From Bdellovibrionota bacterium (GTDB lineage Bacteria; Bdellovibrionota_C; UBA2361; CALJRW01), in the NCBI GenBank assembly GCA_041740355.1, contig JBGSMD010000026.1:1-64000 (forward strand): 64,000 nt of DNA, in the 5' to 3' direction. The notes under the pieces are model-generated. The model made no database searches and was not told where the DNA came from. It saw only the letters and a list, made by a program, of their open reading frames with translations. Position 1 is the stretch's first letter. Every line of letters starts with the position of its first letter. Shown here one piece after another: positions 40,027-50,371 of the stretch. Position numbers and translations under genes: made by a program.

Positions 40027-41163
40027 ATGCAAAAACTGCATAAATCTTTTAATAATTTCTATTTTTTAGCTTTCGATTCCGCTTTTTATTGGGTTCGAAG
40101 TTCTACCTTGGAGTCTGATGTGGCAACCGCCGCAGGAATTAAAGTTTCCAAAGTCTATGAAAGTCATAAAATTCCGGATGATGCAGTTCTTTGTTTTAAT
40201 CGCTTTAATATCACGCGCTACTATCAACTATTTGCTAGCTTTGCAGCGAAGCTAAATATTCCCATGGTTTTCGATATCGACGATCTGTTTTGGGATTTAC
40301 CAGAATTTTCGCAGGACTTTGCTAAAGGAGGAAACTCTTACATTTCTAAAGTGGAGAAAATAATTGCTAATTGCAAAATGATTACAACTACGCAAAATTA
40401 TTTAAAAACAGAGATTGAAAAGCGCTATCCTAACAAAAAAGTAATTATTGTTCCAAATGCTCAACCAAATTGGAATGCCCCAAGGGGAGCAGTATTAATT
40501 GCTAATACTGACTCTTTTAAATTTAATAATAATGATCTTTCTTGGTTTAGTGAAATCTTTAAAAAATTAATTAATAATGGTGTGCCAATTCAATTAATTG
40601 GAAGTAACTCGGCAATCACTAATCAATTTGGTCTAAGTTGTTATATATCTAAAGAAATGGGCTATCGAGAATATCTTCAGAAAGTTAACTTGTCTCACTT
40701 TAAATTTGGACTGATTCCTGTTAGTAATTCCAGTTATGCCGATTGCAAGTCAGCTATTAAATTAAATGAGTTTTTAGCGAATCAGATCAAAGTTTTTGCC
40801 AGCGAAATTTATCCTTATCAAGAATTCAAAGAAAGTTATCCGACGATTAATAATTTGCACTTAGTATCAAACACCAAAGAAAGTTGGTCAGGGGTAGCGA
40901 CCGAAATTGCAGAAGAGTATTCCAAAAACCCTGAACTATGTCAGGCGACATTAATGGATAGCAACCAAAGAAAGCTACAACTAGCTGGATGGAAATTAGT
41001 AATTTCAGAGCTTAGCAAAAATCCAAAAAATCTTAGTAAAAATGCTTACCGCAAAATATCAATTTTTAATTATTTATATCTTTGTCAGTTTAGCCGCTTA
41101 GTTCGCTGGACTAAATTCTTGCTTCGACCAGTTAAACTTCTGAGAGCATTTTTCCGTGGTTAA
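40027..41163 (+). CDS. GT-B-like glycosyltransferase
   Basis: VFDIDD, CKSAIKLNEF motifs; glycan locus context. Confidence 0.65.
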   Translation: MQKLHKSFNNFYFLAFDSAFYWVRSSTLESDVATAAGIKVSKVYESHKIPDDAVLCFNRFNITRYYQLFASFAAKLNIPMVFDIDDLFWDLPEFSQDFAKGGNSYISKVEKIIANCKMITTTQNYLKTEIEKRYPNKKVIIVPNAQPNWNAPRGAVLIANTDSFKFNNNDLSWFSEIFKKLINNGVPIQLIGSNSAITNQFGLSCYISKEMGYREYLQKVNLSHFKFGLIPVSNSSYADCKSAIKLNEFLANQIKVFASEIYPYQEFKESYPTINNLHLVSNTKESWSGVATEIAEEYSKNPELCQATLMDSNQRKLQLAGWKLVISELSKNPKNLSKNAYRKISIFNYLYLCQFSRLVRWTKFLLRPVKLLRAFFRG

Positions 41164-43267
41164 TTTACAAAAATATAAACAAACACTGCGACAAGTTCCA
41201 GGCCTCCGTCGCGCCTATCAATTTAGCAAAAAAATCTGGAAAAAGTTTAATCAGGTGAAGTTACCAGAGAAAAGTTTGGCTAATACCAAAGAGGATTTTA
41301 TTCGTCTGGCCAAGCGTGATCTACAAACTTTTTTACTAGGACAAAGGGTAATTTCTTTCTCTTCAGCAAATCAATATGATTTATCAATTGTAATTCCTGT
41401 TTACAACAAAGCTGAATTTACTTTTCGTTGTCTTCGAAATTTAGCAGAAGTGAAAGACTTAAAATTACAAATAATAATTGTAAATAATGCTTCGGAAGAT
41501 ACAACAAACGACTTGTTATCTAAGGTTGAAAATATTGTTGTAATAAACAATCTGGAAAATCTACATTTTCTTAAAGCCTCTAATCAAGGGGCTCAAAGAG
41601 CTAGTTCTAAATATGTTTTGTTTTTAAATAATGATGCCGAACCTCAGACTGATGCCTTAAAAAATGCGCTAGCCAAAATCAAATCAGATCCCAAAATTGC
41701 TGCAGTTGGAGCAAAGTTAATTTTACCTGATGGCAAATTACAAGAAGCTGGCTGTCTAATTTGGAGTGATGGATGCTGTCAGGGGTATGGGCGAGGGGGA
41801 AGCGTTGACCAAGCTGAAGCACAATATGAAAAAGTAGTGGACTACTGCTCAGGTGCTTTCTTATTAACCTCCAAAGAAATCCTAGAAGAAGTTAATTATT
41901 TTGATGAGCGTTTTGCTCCAGCTTACTATGAAGAAGTAGACTTCTGTCTTACTTTACAATCATTGGGCTATAAAATCGTTTATTTACCAACAGCAGAAGT
42001 GAATCACTTTGAGTTTGCCAGTGCAGGGATGAGTAACGCAATTGATTTAATGAATCGTAATCGATTAATCCTACTAGACAAACATCAGCAATTACTAAGT
42101 ACAAAATTAGATCGAGAAACTCCAGCATTTTTATCTAGATCTTTAGAGACACGTCCTAAAGTATTATATATTGATGAACTTCTCCCGCAGATCAAAATGG
42201 GTGCAGGATATCCCCGAGCAAATTCATTAGTTCAAACAATCGATCAGCTAGGATTTTTTGTAACTGTTTATCCTCTATTACGAGCTGATTACGCAGAGTC
42301 TTGGTCTGAAGTTTATCAAGAATTTCCAAGAGCCGTAGAGATTCTAATTAAAGATAACTATGGCATCTCAGGCTTAGTAAGAACTCTGACCGAGCGAGCA
42401 AATTACTACGACTATGTTTGGATTAGCAGGCCAAGCACCATGACTGAAATTAGAAAATTATCTCCAAACTTAGAAATTTTTTCTGGCGCAAAAATAATCT
42501 ACGATGCTGAAGCACTCTTTACACTAAGAGATATTGCTTATGGGAAAATTAGCAACGCGCCGCTTAACGAGAAAGATATTGAACAAAAAATGTCGGCCGA
42601 GCTAAAGCTTAGTCAGGGAGTAGATGCTGTTTCCTCCGTCTCCTTAGCCGAAGCTAGTTATTTTAAACAAACGGGAATTAAACAAGTAGAAGTACTTGGT
42701 TTTCAACATCAGCTAACAACTTCCACGCCATCATTTAATGATCGGAATGGCTTGTTATTTCTGGGGGCTCTCCATGATGATTTTGGACCAAATTCGGATT
42801 CGCTAATTTGGTTTATTGAAAAAGTGCTGCCAATACTAAAAGACAAAGGATTTACTGCGCCACTTAAAATTATTGGCACAAATAAGAGTCCCCGTATCCA
42901 ATCAATTAAAGATCCGCAAGTTATTAACATTGGGGCAGTTGATGATTTAAGCCCATCAATCAATCAAGCAAAAATTTTTATTGCTCCGACTAGATTTGCG
43001 GCTGGCATTCCTCAGAAGGTTACGGAAGTAGCGAGTTATGGCTTGCCCGTAATTGTTTCCGAATTAATCCATCAGCAATTAGGTTGGCAAGTTGAAAGTG
43101 AATACTTATTAGGATTAACTCCCGAAGAATTTGCTAATCAAGTTATAAGATTAGATCAAGACGAGGCTCTTTGGACTCAACTCCATAAAAATTCTTTAGC
43201 AAGAATCGAACAAGACTTTTCCAAAGAAGCTTTTACCAACACAATCAAAAAACTACTGACTAAGTAG
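41156..43267 (+). CDS. GT2-GT4 fusion glycosyltransferase
   Basis: IVIPVYN, FLNND, LQEAG, DYCSGA, PAYYEE; C-terminal APTRFAAG. Confidence 0.92.
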   Translation: MVNLQKYKQTLRQVPGLRRAYQFSKKIWKKFNQVKLPEKSLANTKEDFIRLAKRDLQTFLLGQRVISFSSANQYDLSIVIPVYNKAEFTFRCLRNLAEVKDLKLQIIIVNNASEDTTNDLLSKVENIVVINNLENLHFLKASNQGAQRASSKYVLFLNNDAEPQTDALKNALAKIKSDPKIAAVGAKLILPDGKLQEAGCLIWSDGCCQGYGRGGSVDQAEAQYEKVVDYCSGAFLLTSKEILEEVNYFDERFAPAYYEEVDFCLTLQSLGYKIVYLPTAEVNHFEFASAGMSNAIDLMNRNRLILLDKHQQLLSTKLDRETPAFLSRSLETRPKVLYIDELLPQIKMGAGYPRANSLVQTIDQLGFFVTVYPLLRADYAESWSEVYQEFPRAVEILIKDNYGISGLVRTLTERANYYDYVWISRPSTMTEIRKLSPNLEIFSGAKIIYDAEALFTLRDIAYGKISNAPLNEKDIEQKMSAELKLSQGVDAVSSVSLAEASYFKQTGIKQVEVLGFQHQLTTSTPSFNDRNGLLFLGALHDDFGPNSDSLIWFIEKVLPILKDKGFTAPLKIIGTNKSPRIQSIKDPQVINIGAVDDLSPSINQAKIFIAPTRFAAGIPQKVTEVASYGLPVIVSELIHQQLGWQVESEYLLGLTPEEFANQVIRLDQDEALWTQLHKNSLARIEQDFSKEAFTNTIKKLLTK

Positions 43268-43306
43268 TCTTCTTAAATCCCAATTTTTTAGTAATTCTAA
43301 ACAAAT

Positions 43307-46288
43307 TTAATTATTATATTTGAGTTTCTTACCTAACTGTTTGGCCCAGGCCTTATGAGTCTTAACCTTTTTGCCGGTGGCATTCTTGATATTTAAAACT
43401 GGGATGCTGATCACTGAACTTTCCCTTACTCCATCACAATTTGCCTTCAAGAAAACGCTTTTCTTTTTCTGGGGTTTCTGAACTGGATTTAGTTTACTAG
43501 CTGCCAGCACTAGATGATCACGACTAGCCGTAGCAAAACCCTTAATTGTTTGGGGAGCAGAAACCAGTCCATTAGCGGAGTCAGACCAAAGTAAATTTAC
43601 ATTAGTACAGCCAACAGTATTACCAATAGTCATGGAAAGCGTTCCTTTCTTAGCTTTCAAAGTTCGTGAAATAGTTAGTGCCGGCAGTTCGACCACGGGA
43701 TTCTCAATAGTAATTGGGGAGGCTTGAGTAGCCGTTGGTGGAATTTCGGGATCTGGGTTAGCACCGGCATATTTAACTACACCAATGATACCAGAAGAAG
43801 TAACATTACCAGCTGTATCATAAACTAAAACTTCAAGATCTCTCGGACCTGTGGGGATTGAGCTAGCATCTATTGTCTCAAAAAATCCTGCGTTACCACT
43901 CTCAGTAAGTGCAGAGTAATCAGTTTGTGCTCTGGAATCAAAACGCTCAGGATTAAATCTTGCTAATAATTCACCATCGATGAAAACTTCCACCGAGGCT
44001 GTTTGGATATTATCGAGAGCATAACCTTTAACAACAAAGTCATTATAAATCTTTTGAGCAGATACTGGACCATCAAGTTGTAAAACAGGAACAGTGGTAT
44101 CTTGAACTCGATCAGAAATCAGGATTGGTCCACTAGCTTTCACTGCATGAGAGTTGTGTCCATCATTAACAATTCCATAAACATAATAATTTCCATTAGA
44201 AATTGCACTTGTATTCCAAAGTAAGACACTAGTTTCATCACTGAGTAGCTTTGTACCAATTAAAACTCCGCCTGATGTGGCAGCAGGGTCGAAATGGTAA
44301 TAAAAACTGACACTGGCATCGTCGCCATCTTCGTCGCTTAAATCATAAGTGATTGCAAACTTAGTATTAGACTCATCGTCGGCAGTAATTCGTATAAAAT
44401 CAAAAAAATATTCTGTAGCTTCACTAAACTCATGCGGATCGATCCGAAAAGCATCAGTAAAATCATACCAAGGATTAGGCACTGAACCTACCGGGTGATT
44501 AAGTTCTTCTAATTGAATTGTATCCATATCATAACTATATGTGCGCCAACCATTAAAGGTTACGATATCATCGCCGTTTAAAAAATTTGCTGGTGCTTCG
44601 GGTTGACTATGCCAAATCACCCGAACAACAGAACCTTCATTTAAATCTTGCTCACGCGCCGTTAGTAAGCGAAAAGAAAGGTTTTTATATCGACGCGTAT
44701 CAATCATCTTTGTTGGATCATCGGTATAAATAGAATACTGGTGTGGATCACCATCGGCAGTAGTTGCAACGCTGGTAGCAGAAAAATAATTACCTTGAAT
44801 TCCATCAACACTATTATTTGGAAGTATTGCCGGATTAGTTACATTGTAGGCATAAGCAACGTCGGCGGTATCATCAAAGTTCCATGGGTTTCCTAAAACT
44901 TCGGTGGCAAAATCAGCACCACCAAGTTTATCTGGTTGTAATATTTTTAACTGTGGGGGAGTGTTAACTTTAATATCCCATGAATTAATTGTCGCGCTTG
45001 GAGCAGACCCGATTGCTCCCAACCCATCATTTCTCAAAGAAATCTCTGGAATTGTAAAACTGACATTTTGTTGGCTGGCAATTGTCACATGAATTTTAGC
45101 AACGCGTGCCGATAGAGTACCAAGAGTAAAATCATAGTTTTGAAAACCATTGCTGATTCCCTTAAACTCTTGGAAGATCGTACTTCCATTAGCATCAAAC
45201 ATATAAACGACCATAGTTGCCCCAACGGTAACTCCAGATAAGGTCATTGGAATTCTCATAAAGTTGAATGCACTAGTATCAATGGTCTCATCACCCATAT
45301 TCAGATAAAAGTAATTGGGTATAGAGCTAGTTGATCCTGTCATGTTACCACCAGTGAAACTTACACTTAATCCATAATTACCAAAGATATCGCCAGCTGA
45401 ATTCATATCCCAAGGATTGTTATTGAGCGTTGCCCAGTCATTACTCTCAATAGAAATCAATTTGTATTCCCCAGGAATTAATCCTTCCGAAGTAATTTCA
45501 GTATTCTCGCTAGTACCTTCTGCAATATGCAAGGCACGAACAAATCCATCGGTTAAAGTAGAGTTGTCATCAAGAAACATGGAGTAATACTTGTTTGCGA
45601 CAGGACTAAAAGAGTAATCAACCTCAACAGTCTCGCTAGGAACATCACCAGTTAATGTAACCCAATCAAGTTGAATCTGTGTTCCGGCATGAATAGCTGG
45701 CAAAATTCTTATGCCGGTAGCCGGACGATTATTCCAGGAGGGGTTTTCTGTTCCAGAATAAAATTCATGGGGTATGGTTTGTAGATCAATTTGATATGTA
45801 TGCCACCCAACAGAAGTATTTATTGCCTGAGATGTCCAGTTATCGGCAAACCAAGTACAAGCTGTATTAACAACAATTCTCATTTGTGAGGCATTGCTTG
45901 AATACATCCGCAACGTCAGGTAACGATACTTATTAGTATCGATCGGTTGCGTTGCTCCGGTAATTCCAGATGGATTTGTACTGCAATATGCTGGCGACAA
46001 TAGTTGTAGGTAAGAAAACCCTTGTACTAAAGTTTGAGTTGTCATCACACCATCACTAAAAACGGGCGGGGACATGTCTAGCGTGTCAGAAGCCGTAACA
46101 TAGTTTCCTAAATCCTCTACGGAATTCATATCCCAAGGATTACCTAAAACTTCAGTTGCAAAATCAGCAGCCATCGGAAGTGTAGTGTTGGCTGGTGGCG
46201 TTGAATCAATAATAACTTGTGCTGAAACTTGAGAAGTAAGCAACCAAGCCAATAAAAATAATCGGCGAGTAAATTTAGAAATTTTCAT
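43307..46288 (-). CDS. Large secreted beta-rich repeat protein with Ig-like domain
   Basis: Signal peptide; three D(F/W)AT....NPW(D/N) modules; Ig-like GYALD...VEVFIDG...DTAGN; Lys-rich C-terminus. Confidence 0.8.
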   Translation of the reverse strand: MKISKFTRRLFLLAWLLTSQVSAQVIIDSTPPANTTLPMAADFATEVLGNPWDMNSVEDLGNYVTASDTLDMSPPVFSDGVMTTQTLVQGFSYLQLLSPAYCSTNPSGITGATQPIDTNKYRYLTLRMYSSNASQMRIVVNTACTWFADNWTSQAINTSVGWHTYQIDLQTIPHEFYSGTENPSWNNRPATGIRILPAIHAGTQIQLDWVTLTGDVPSETVEVDYSFSPVANKYYSMFLDDNSTLTDGFVRALHIAEGTSENTEITSEGLIPGEYKLISIESNDWATLNNNPWDMNSAGDIFGNYGLSVSFTGGNMTGSTSSIPNYFYLNMGDETIDTSAFNFMRIPMTLSGVTVGATMVVYMFDANGSTIFQEFKGISNGFQNYDFTLGTLSARVAKIHVTIASQQNVSFTIPEISLRNDGLGAIGSAPSATINSWDIKVNTPPQLKILQPDKLGGADFATEVLGNPWNFDDTADVAYAYNVTNPAILPNNSVDGIQGNYFSATSVATTADGDPHQYSIYTDDPTKMIDTRRYKNLSFRLLTAREQDLNEGSVVRVIWHSQPEAPANFLNGDDIVTFNGWRTYSYDMDTIQLEELNHPVGSVPNPWYDFTDAFRIDPHEFSEATEYFFDFIRITADDESNTKFAITYDLSDEDGDDASVSFYYHFDPAATSGGVLIGTKLLSDETSVLLWNTSAISNGNYYVYGIVNDGHNSHAVKASGPILISDRVQDTTVPVLQLDGPVSAQKIYNDFVVKGYALDNIQTASVEVFIDGELLARFNPERFDSRAQTDYSALTESGNAGFFETIDASSIPTGPRDLEVLVYDTAGNVTSSGIIGVVKYAGANPDPEIPPTATQASPITIENPVVELPALTISRTLKAKKGTLSMTIGNTVGCTNVNLLWSDSANGLVSAPQTIKGFATASRDHLVLAASKLNPVQKPQKKKSVFLKANCDGVRESSVISIPVLNIKNATGKKVKTHKAWAKQLGKKLKYNN

Positions 46289-46553
46289 AAGTTACCTATC
46301 GGTCTAAAACTCATTTTGCTTTAACATCAGTTAAATTTCCAAAACGGTCTAAAAATAACAGTGTTGAAGTTAATTACTAAGGTTTGATTTGTATTAATAA
46401 TAAATAAAATCAAAGACTTACTGTCAATTTTGCAAAAAAAACTAGCTAAGCCCAGTATAGCTTGTTTGAGTAATTTGCAACAGCTCAACTAGAATAACTT
46501 AGGTTATTAGATGCTAAATTCGAATAAAACTACTCTAGCATTTTAGTGATAAC

Positions 46554-47549
46554 TCAGTACCTATTGCGAGGACGTTTGGGAACAGAGGTAATATCATAGC
46601 TTAGGAAGGCTAAAAGCAGTTGAGTGCCCATTAGAATTGGTAACGCTGCCAACATGACGGTTCCGGCAGGTGTTACAGCTCCAACTAAACTTGAAGCAAT
46701 CCAGTGATAAAATCCAAAGCAGCTACCAATAAAAATTAATAACAAACCAAGTGGCAACTCGATTGAAGCTAGAGACATGTCTCGTAGGTAATAGTTGTAA
46801 AAAACTCTCTTGGCAAAGTTAGCACAATGCCTCCACAAGAATTCTCCAATAATATCAGCAATCTTTAAATTACTAACTTCATCAGCATACTTAGCTACCA
46901 TTGGCACATCTACAACAACGGCTCGGAGTGTATTAAGACGAAACAGCAAGTCAGTCTCGAAAAAATATCTTCGGCTAATTTTAGCAATTGGTAATTCTCG
47001 AGCTACAAGCCGGCTAATTGCAGTGAAACCATTAGTCGGATCAAATAAATCCCAATAACCCGTAGATAGTTTGGCCATCAAAGACAAGATTGCATTTCCA
47101 AATAAGCGCATACCTGGCATTGCACTAACTGACTCCAAGTCAAAGAAACGATTTCCCTTGGTATAATCAGCTTCGCCCGCCACAATCGGCGCAATTAACT
47201 GGGGGATCAAAGCTGGATCCATCTGACCATCACCATCAACCTTCACTATGATATCAATATTCTCAGCTAGCGCTGCTTGATAACCCGTTAAAACTGCCCC
47301 GCCAACCCCTTGGTTTTTTTCATGAAAGATAACTCGCAGACGGGTATCACTAAATTTTTCCTGCACGTATTTCCCACTACCTTCTGGGCAAGCATCATCA
47401 ATAACAAAAATTAGGGAAACATCAGAATCAATTTTCTCTAGCACACTTAAAATTTGACTTGTCACCTTGTAAGCAGGAATTACCACGGCGACTTTTTTAT
47501 TAGATGTATTCATCGGTAGCAAGTGTAGGATATTATGATAAAAATACAA
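46554..47549 (-). CDS. GT2 glycosyltransferase with C-terminal TMs (polyprenyl-phosphate type)
   Basis: VIPAYK, NQGVGGA, KVDGDGQMDP, KGNRF, DPTNGF. Confidence 0.9.
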   Translation of the reverse strand: MYFYHNILHLLPMNTSNKKVAVVIPAYKVTSQILSVLEKIDSDVSLIFVIDDACPEGSGKYVQEKFSDTRLRVIFHEKNQGVGGAVLTGYQAALAENIDIIVKVDGDGQMDPALIPQLIAPIVAGEADYTKGNRFFDLESVSAMPGMRLFGNAILSLMAKLSTGYWDLFDPTNGFTAISRLVARELPIAKISRRYFFETDLLFRLNTLRAVVVDVPMVAKYADEVSNLKIADIIGEFLWRHCANFAKRVFYNYYLRDMSLASIELPLGLLLIFIGSCFGFYHWIASSLVGAVTPAGTVMLAALPILMGTQLLLAFLSYDITSVPKRPRNRY

Positions 47550-47626
47550 GCAATTTCGATAGCACGCTTGGCTTGCTCCAAGCCTAATAATAGGATAAAT
47601 TTCTGACCCTTGATGCCCTGCTACTT

Positions 47627-48406
47627 ATGTTTGAATTTCTCAAATCTATTTTTCTCTATCGTGATTACCTGATCCAATCAGTCCTGCGAGATTTGCGAAA
47701 ACGATATAAGCGCTCAATTCTAGGCTATCTTTGGAGCATGTTAAATCCATTACTGATGATGATGGTTCTGACAGTGGTCTTCTCTAAAATCATGAGATCG
47801 GAAGATATCGAATATTATGCTATCTTCCTATTTGCTGGCATGATTCCTTGGGCCTATTTTTCTAGCACCGCTTTAACTTCACTGCATGCCGTTAAAGGTA
47901 ACATTCAAATTATTTCTCAAATACCAGTGCCAAAATACTTGTTTGTTCTCTCTCTCGCATTTTCAAACATGTACACGTTTGTTATCTCGCTGGTGCCCCT
48001 AATTCTAATTAGTCTCTTTATGGGACATCCGATTACTTGGCACTTTTTACTATTTCCGATTTGTTTTATCCCTCTGTTCTTTATCACCATGGGCGTTTCG
48101 CTTTGTTTGGCAGCACTGAATGTCTTTTTTGAGGACACCGAACATTTAACAACTGTCTTAATTCAAGCAATGTACTTCCTCTGCCCAATTTTATACCCAA
48201 TGACCATGCTTCCCCCAGAAGTAGTTAAAATCTTAGAATTCAATCCGATGTTTACCATGATTCTAATTTTCAAAGACATCTTTTATTTCAACCAAATTCC
48301 CGATTGGCATAATGTAATCTACACTACAGCTACAAGTATAATTGTCTTAATTATCGGACTAGTAATCTTCAATAAAGCTGACAAGCGAATGATTTATTTT
48401 ACCTAG
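47627..48406 (+). CDS. wzm: Polysaccharide ABC transporter permease
   Basis: RYKRSILGYLWSMLNP, PILYP, FNPM. Confidence 0.92.
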   Translation: MFEFLKSIFLYRDYLIQSVLRDLRKRYKRSILGYLWSMLNPLLMMMVLTVVFSKIMRSEDIEYYAIFLFAGMIPWAYFSSTALTSLHAVKGNIQIISQIPVPKYLFVLSLAFSNMYTFVISLVPLILISLFMGHPITWHFLLFPICFIPLFFITMGVSLCLAALNVFFEDTEHLTTVLIQAMYFLCPILYPMTMLPPEVVKILEFNPMFTMILIFKDIFYFNQIPDWHNVIYTTATSIIVLIIGLVIFNKADKRMIYFT

Positions 48407-48621
48407 AACCTAAGCTTCGGATAATCAAGCTACTACGAAAGCCTAACTGCCCGAAATCGCGTTGGAAAGAAAAAATTTCAGTCTCGCTGATGCACTGCAT
48501 CAGCTGCGAATAAAATTTTTACTTTCCTTATCAATTTACATTGATTGAAAAATAAACTATTTTTCAATCAATTCAAGCACTTCAGCTTTCTCGTTACGCT
48601 TTCTAATCCAAAGCTCAGGTT
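48407..48621 (-). repeat. 215-bp branched palindromic element between wzm and wzt
   Basis: AACCTAAGCTTCGGAT...ATCCAAAGCTCAGGTT ends; reverse-complement core CGCAG-CTGATGCA-G-TGCATCAG-CGAG; side hairpin at 48540-48572. Confidence 0.75.
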
Positions 48622-48626
48622 AAAAC

Positions 48627-49406
48627 ATGAATATTAAACCAATAGTTGAAATTAAAGATGTCCAAGTAAGTTATCGCTCTTATCAAGAGCGTCCAACTTC
48701 ACTTAAAGAGATGGCAATCAAGTTTCTGCGCACAGGTAAACTAAAGTACCATTCTTCATTTGAAGCATTAAATAAAATCAGTTTTAAAATTAAACCTGGT
48801 GCCGTGTTCGGCATTTTAGGTAGTAATGGCGCTGGCAAAAGCACACTACTTAAGGTTATTGCCGGAGTCCTACCACCTACGTCAGGGGAAATTATTACTA
48901 ACGGAAATCTTGATTGTTTAATTCAACTTGGTGCTGGGTTCGATCCTGATTTAAATGCCATCGAAAATATATATCTTTATGGATCGCTCCGAAGAAGGTC
49001 CGTTAAAGAATTAAAGACTCGAGTTGATAGTATTTTAGAATTTGCAGAACTAGGTGACTTTGCCCTAACGCCTATTAAATATTACTCCTCAGGTATGTAT
49101 GCCAGGCTCGGGTTTGCTGTAGCAATTGATAGCGATCCCGACATTCTGATTGTCGACGAAGTTTTAGCTGTGGGCGATCAACGCTTTAAAACTAAATGTG
49201 AGAGAGTTTTCTTAGATCGTATTAAACGTGGCAAAACAATTATTATGGTAAGTCATGATCTAGAATCTATTAAGCGGCTATGTAGTGAGGCTTTGCTGTT
49301 ATCAGCAGGCAATATTGTTTTTCAGGGCGATCCAGATACAGCTGTTAATCTCTATCTTGGAAACCAATATCAGAGTCGCTTAAGCACTGCCCCTGGCTCC
49401 GCTTAA
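48627..49406 (+). CDS. wzt: Polysaccharide ABC transporter ATPase (no C-terminal CBM)
   Basis: GSNGAGKST, YSSGM..RLGFA, DEVLAVGD. Confidence 0.93.
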   Translation: MNIKPIVEIKDVQVSYRSYQERPTSLKEMAIKFLRTGKLKYHSSFEALNKISFKIKPGAVFGILGSNGAGKSTLLKVIAGVLPPTSGEIITNGNLDCLIQLGAGFDPDLNAIENIYLYGSLRRRSVKELKTRVDSILEFAELGDFALTPIKYYSSGMYARLGFAVAIDSDPDILIVDEVLAVGDQRFKTKCERVFLDRIKRGKTIIMVSHDLESIKRLCSEALLLSAGNIVFQGDPDTAVNLYLGNQYQSRLSTAPGSA

Positions 49407-50371
49407 AGTAATTTCTTCATTCTAGCCTGGCGAATCTTCATTAAGAAGCTAGCAATTGCAAAAGCTACAATAATAAAAATTATATTAACCGAACGATCTA
49501 AAACAGAGGCTACTAAAATGTCGTGCGGCGTAAAGCTTACCAGATTAGAAGCCGCCATCATCATGGACTCTCGTATTCCAATTGCCCCAGGTGTAATAAT
49601 TAAGATTGATGACAGCAAGTTGAAGACTGAAAGAAATAGCGCATCAAAGAATCCCGGTACTTTGCCACTAGCAGAAGTGAATCCTAAGAAAATTAGCTCG
49701 GAATATAGCATTAAGGAAACGATGCTTAAATTCAAACAGCTAAAGAAAAATAAGCGCAACATATTATTAGGCTTCTTGCAGATTAAGCGCCAGCCTTGGT
49801 AAAAGGGGAAAAGAAATTTGCGAATCTTTTTAAACTTAATCAGAAAATAAATTTTCTTACTAAAAAACAGGGGAATTAAAATTATCACTAACATCATACT
49901 TAAAGCCGAAGTTAATTGATAATCCTGAAAACCTGACTTAACAAAAATCTGAATACTAAATAAAAACATTGCCAGCAGAGCAACTAACAAAACAATTAGC
50001 AACTGGGCCATCATCGCCACCATAAAACGCGAATATGTGAACTGATAGTGTCTTTTTAAATAAATCCCACGTAGTGCAGCTCCACCTCTAAATGGCAAGA
50101 AGTAATTACCAAAAGTTGTCAAAACGCTGAGATAAAACTGTTCAAAAACCTTTAAATTAATATTAAAACAACGAAGCAGACTGTTAGTAATAAAACCATT
50201 AACTAAATAGAAACAGAAATTCATTAAGAATAAAAACCCAAACTGACCTAAAGAAATATCTTTTAGGGAGTTAAAGTTTTCTGAATTCTTTTGAAAATAT
50301 AGGACAAAGCCAATGAGGAACAGGGCCAATAATCCATACTTTAAGATTAAAAATATTCGCCGCTTATCCAT
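49403..50371 (-). CDS. Lysylphosphatidylglycerol-synthase TM domain (flippase-like) protein
   Basis: GNYFLPFRGG, TPGAIGIRE; polytopic. Confidence 0.8.
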   Translation of the reverse strand: MDKRRIFLILKYGLLALFLIGFVLYFQKNSENFNSLKDISLGQFGFLFLMNFCFYLVNGFITNSLLRCFNINLKVFEQFYLSVLTTFGNYFLPFRGGAALRGIYLKRHYQFTYSRFMVAMMAQLLIVLLVALLAMFLFSIQIFVKSGFQDYQLTSALSMMLVIILIPLFFSKKIYFLIKFKKIRKFLFPFYQGWRLICKKPNNMLRLFFFSCLNLSIVSLMLYSELIFLGFTSASGKVPGFFDALFLSVFNLLSSILIITPGAIGIRESMMMAASNLVSFTPHDILVASVLDRSVNIIFIIVAFAIASFLMKIRQARMKKLL

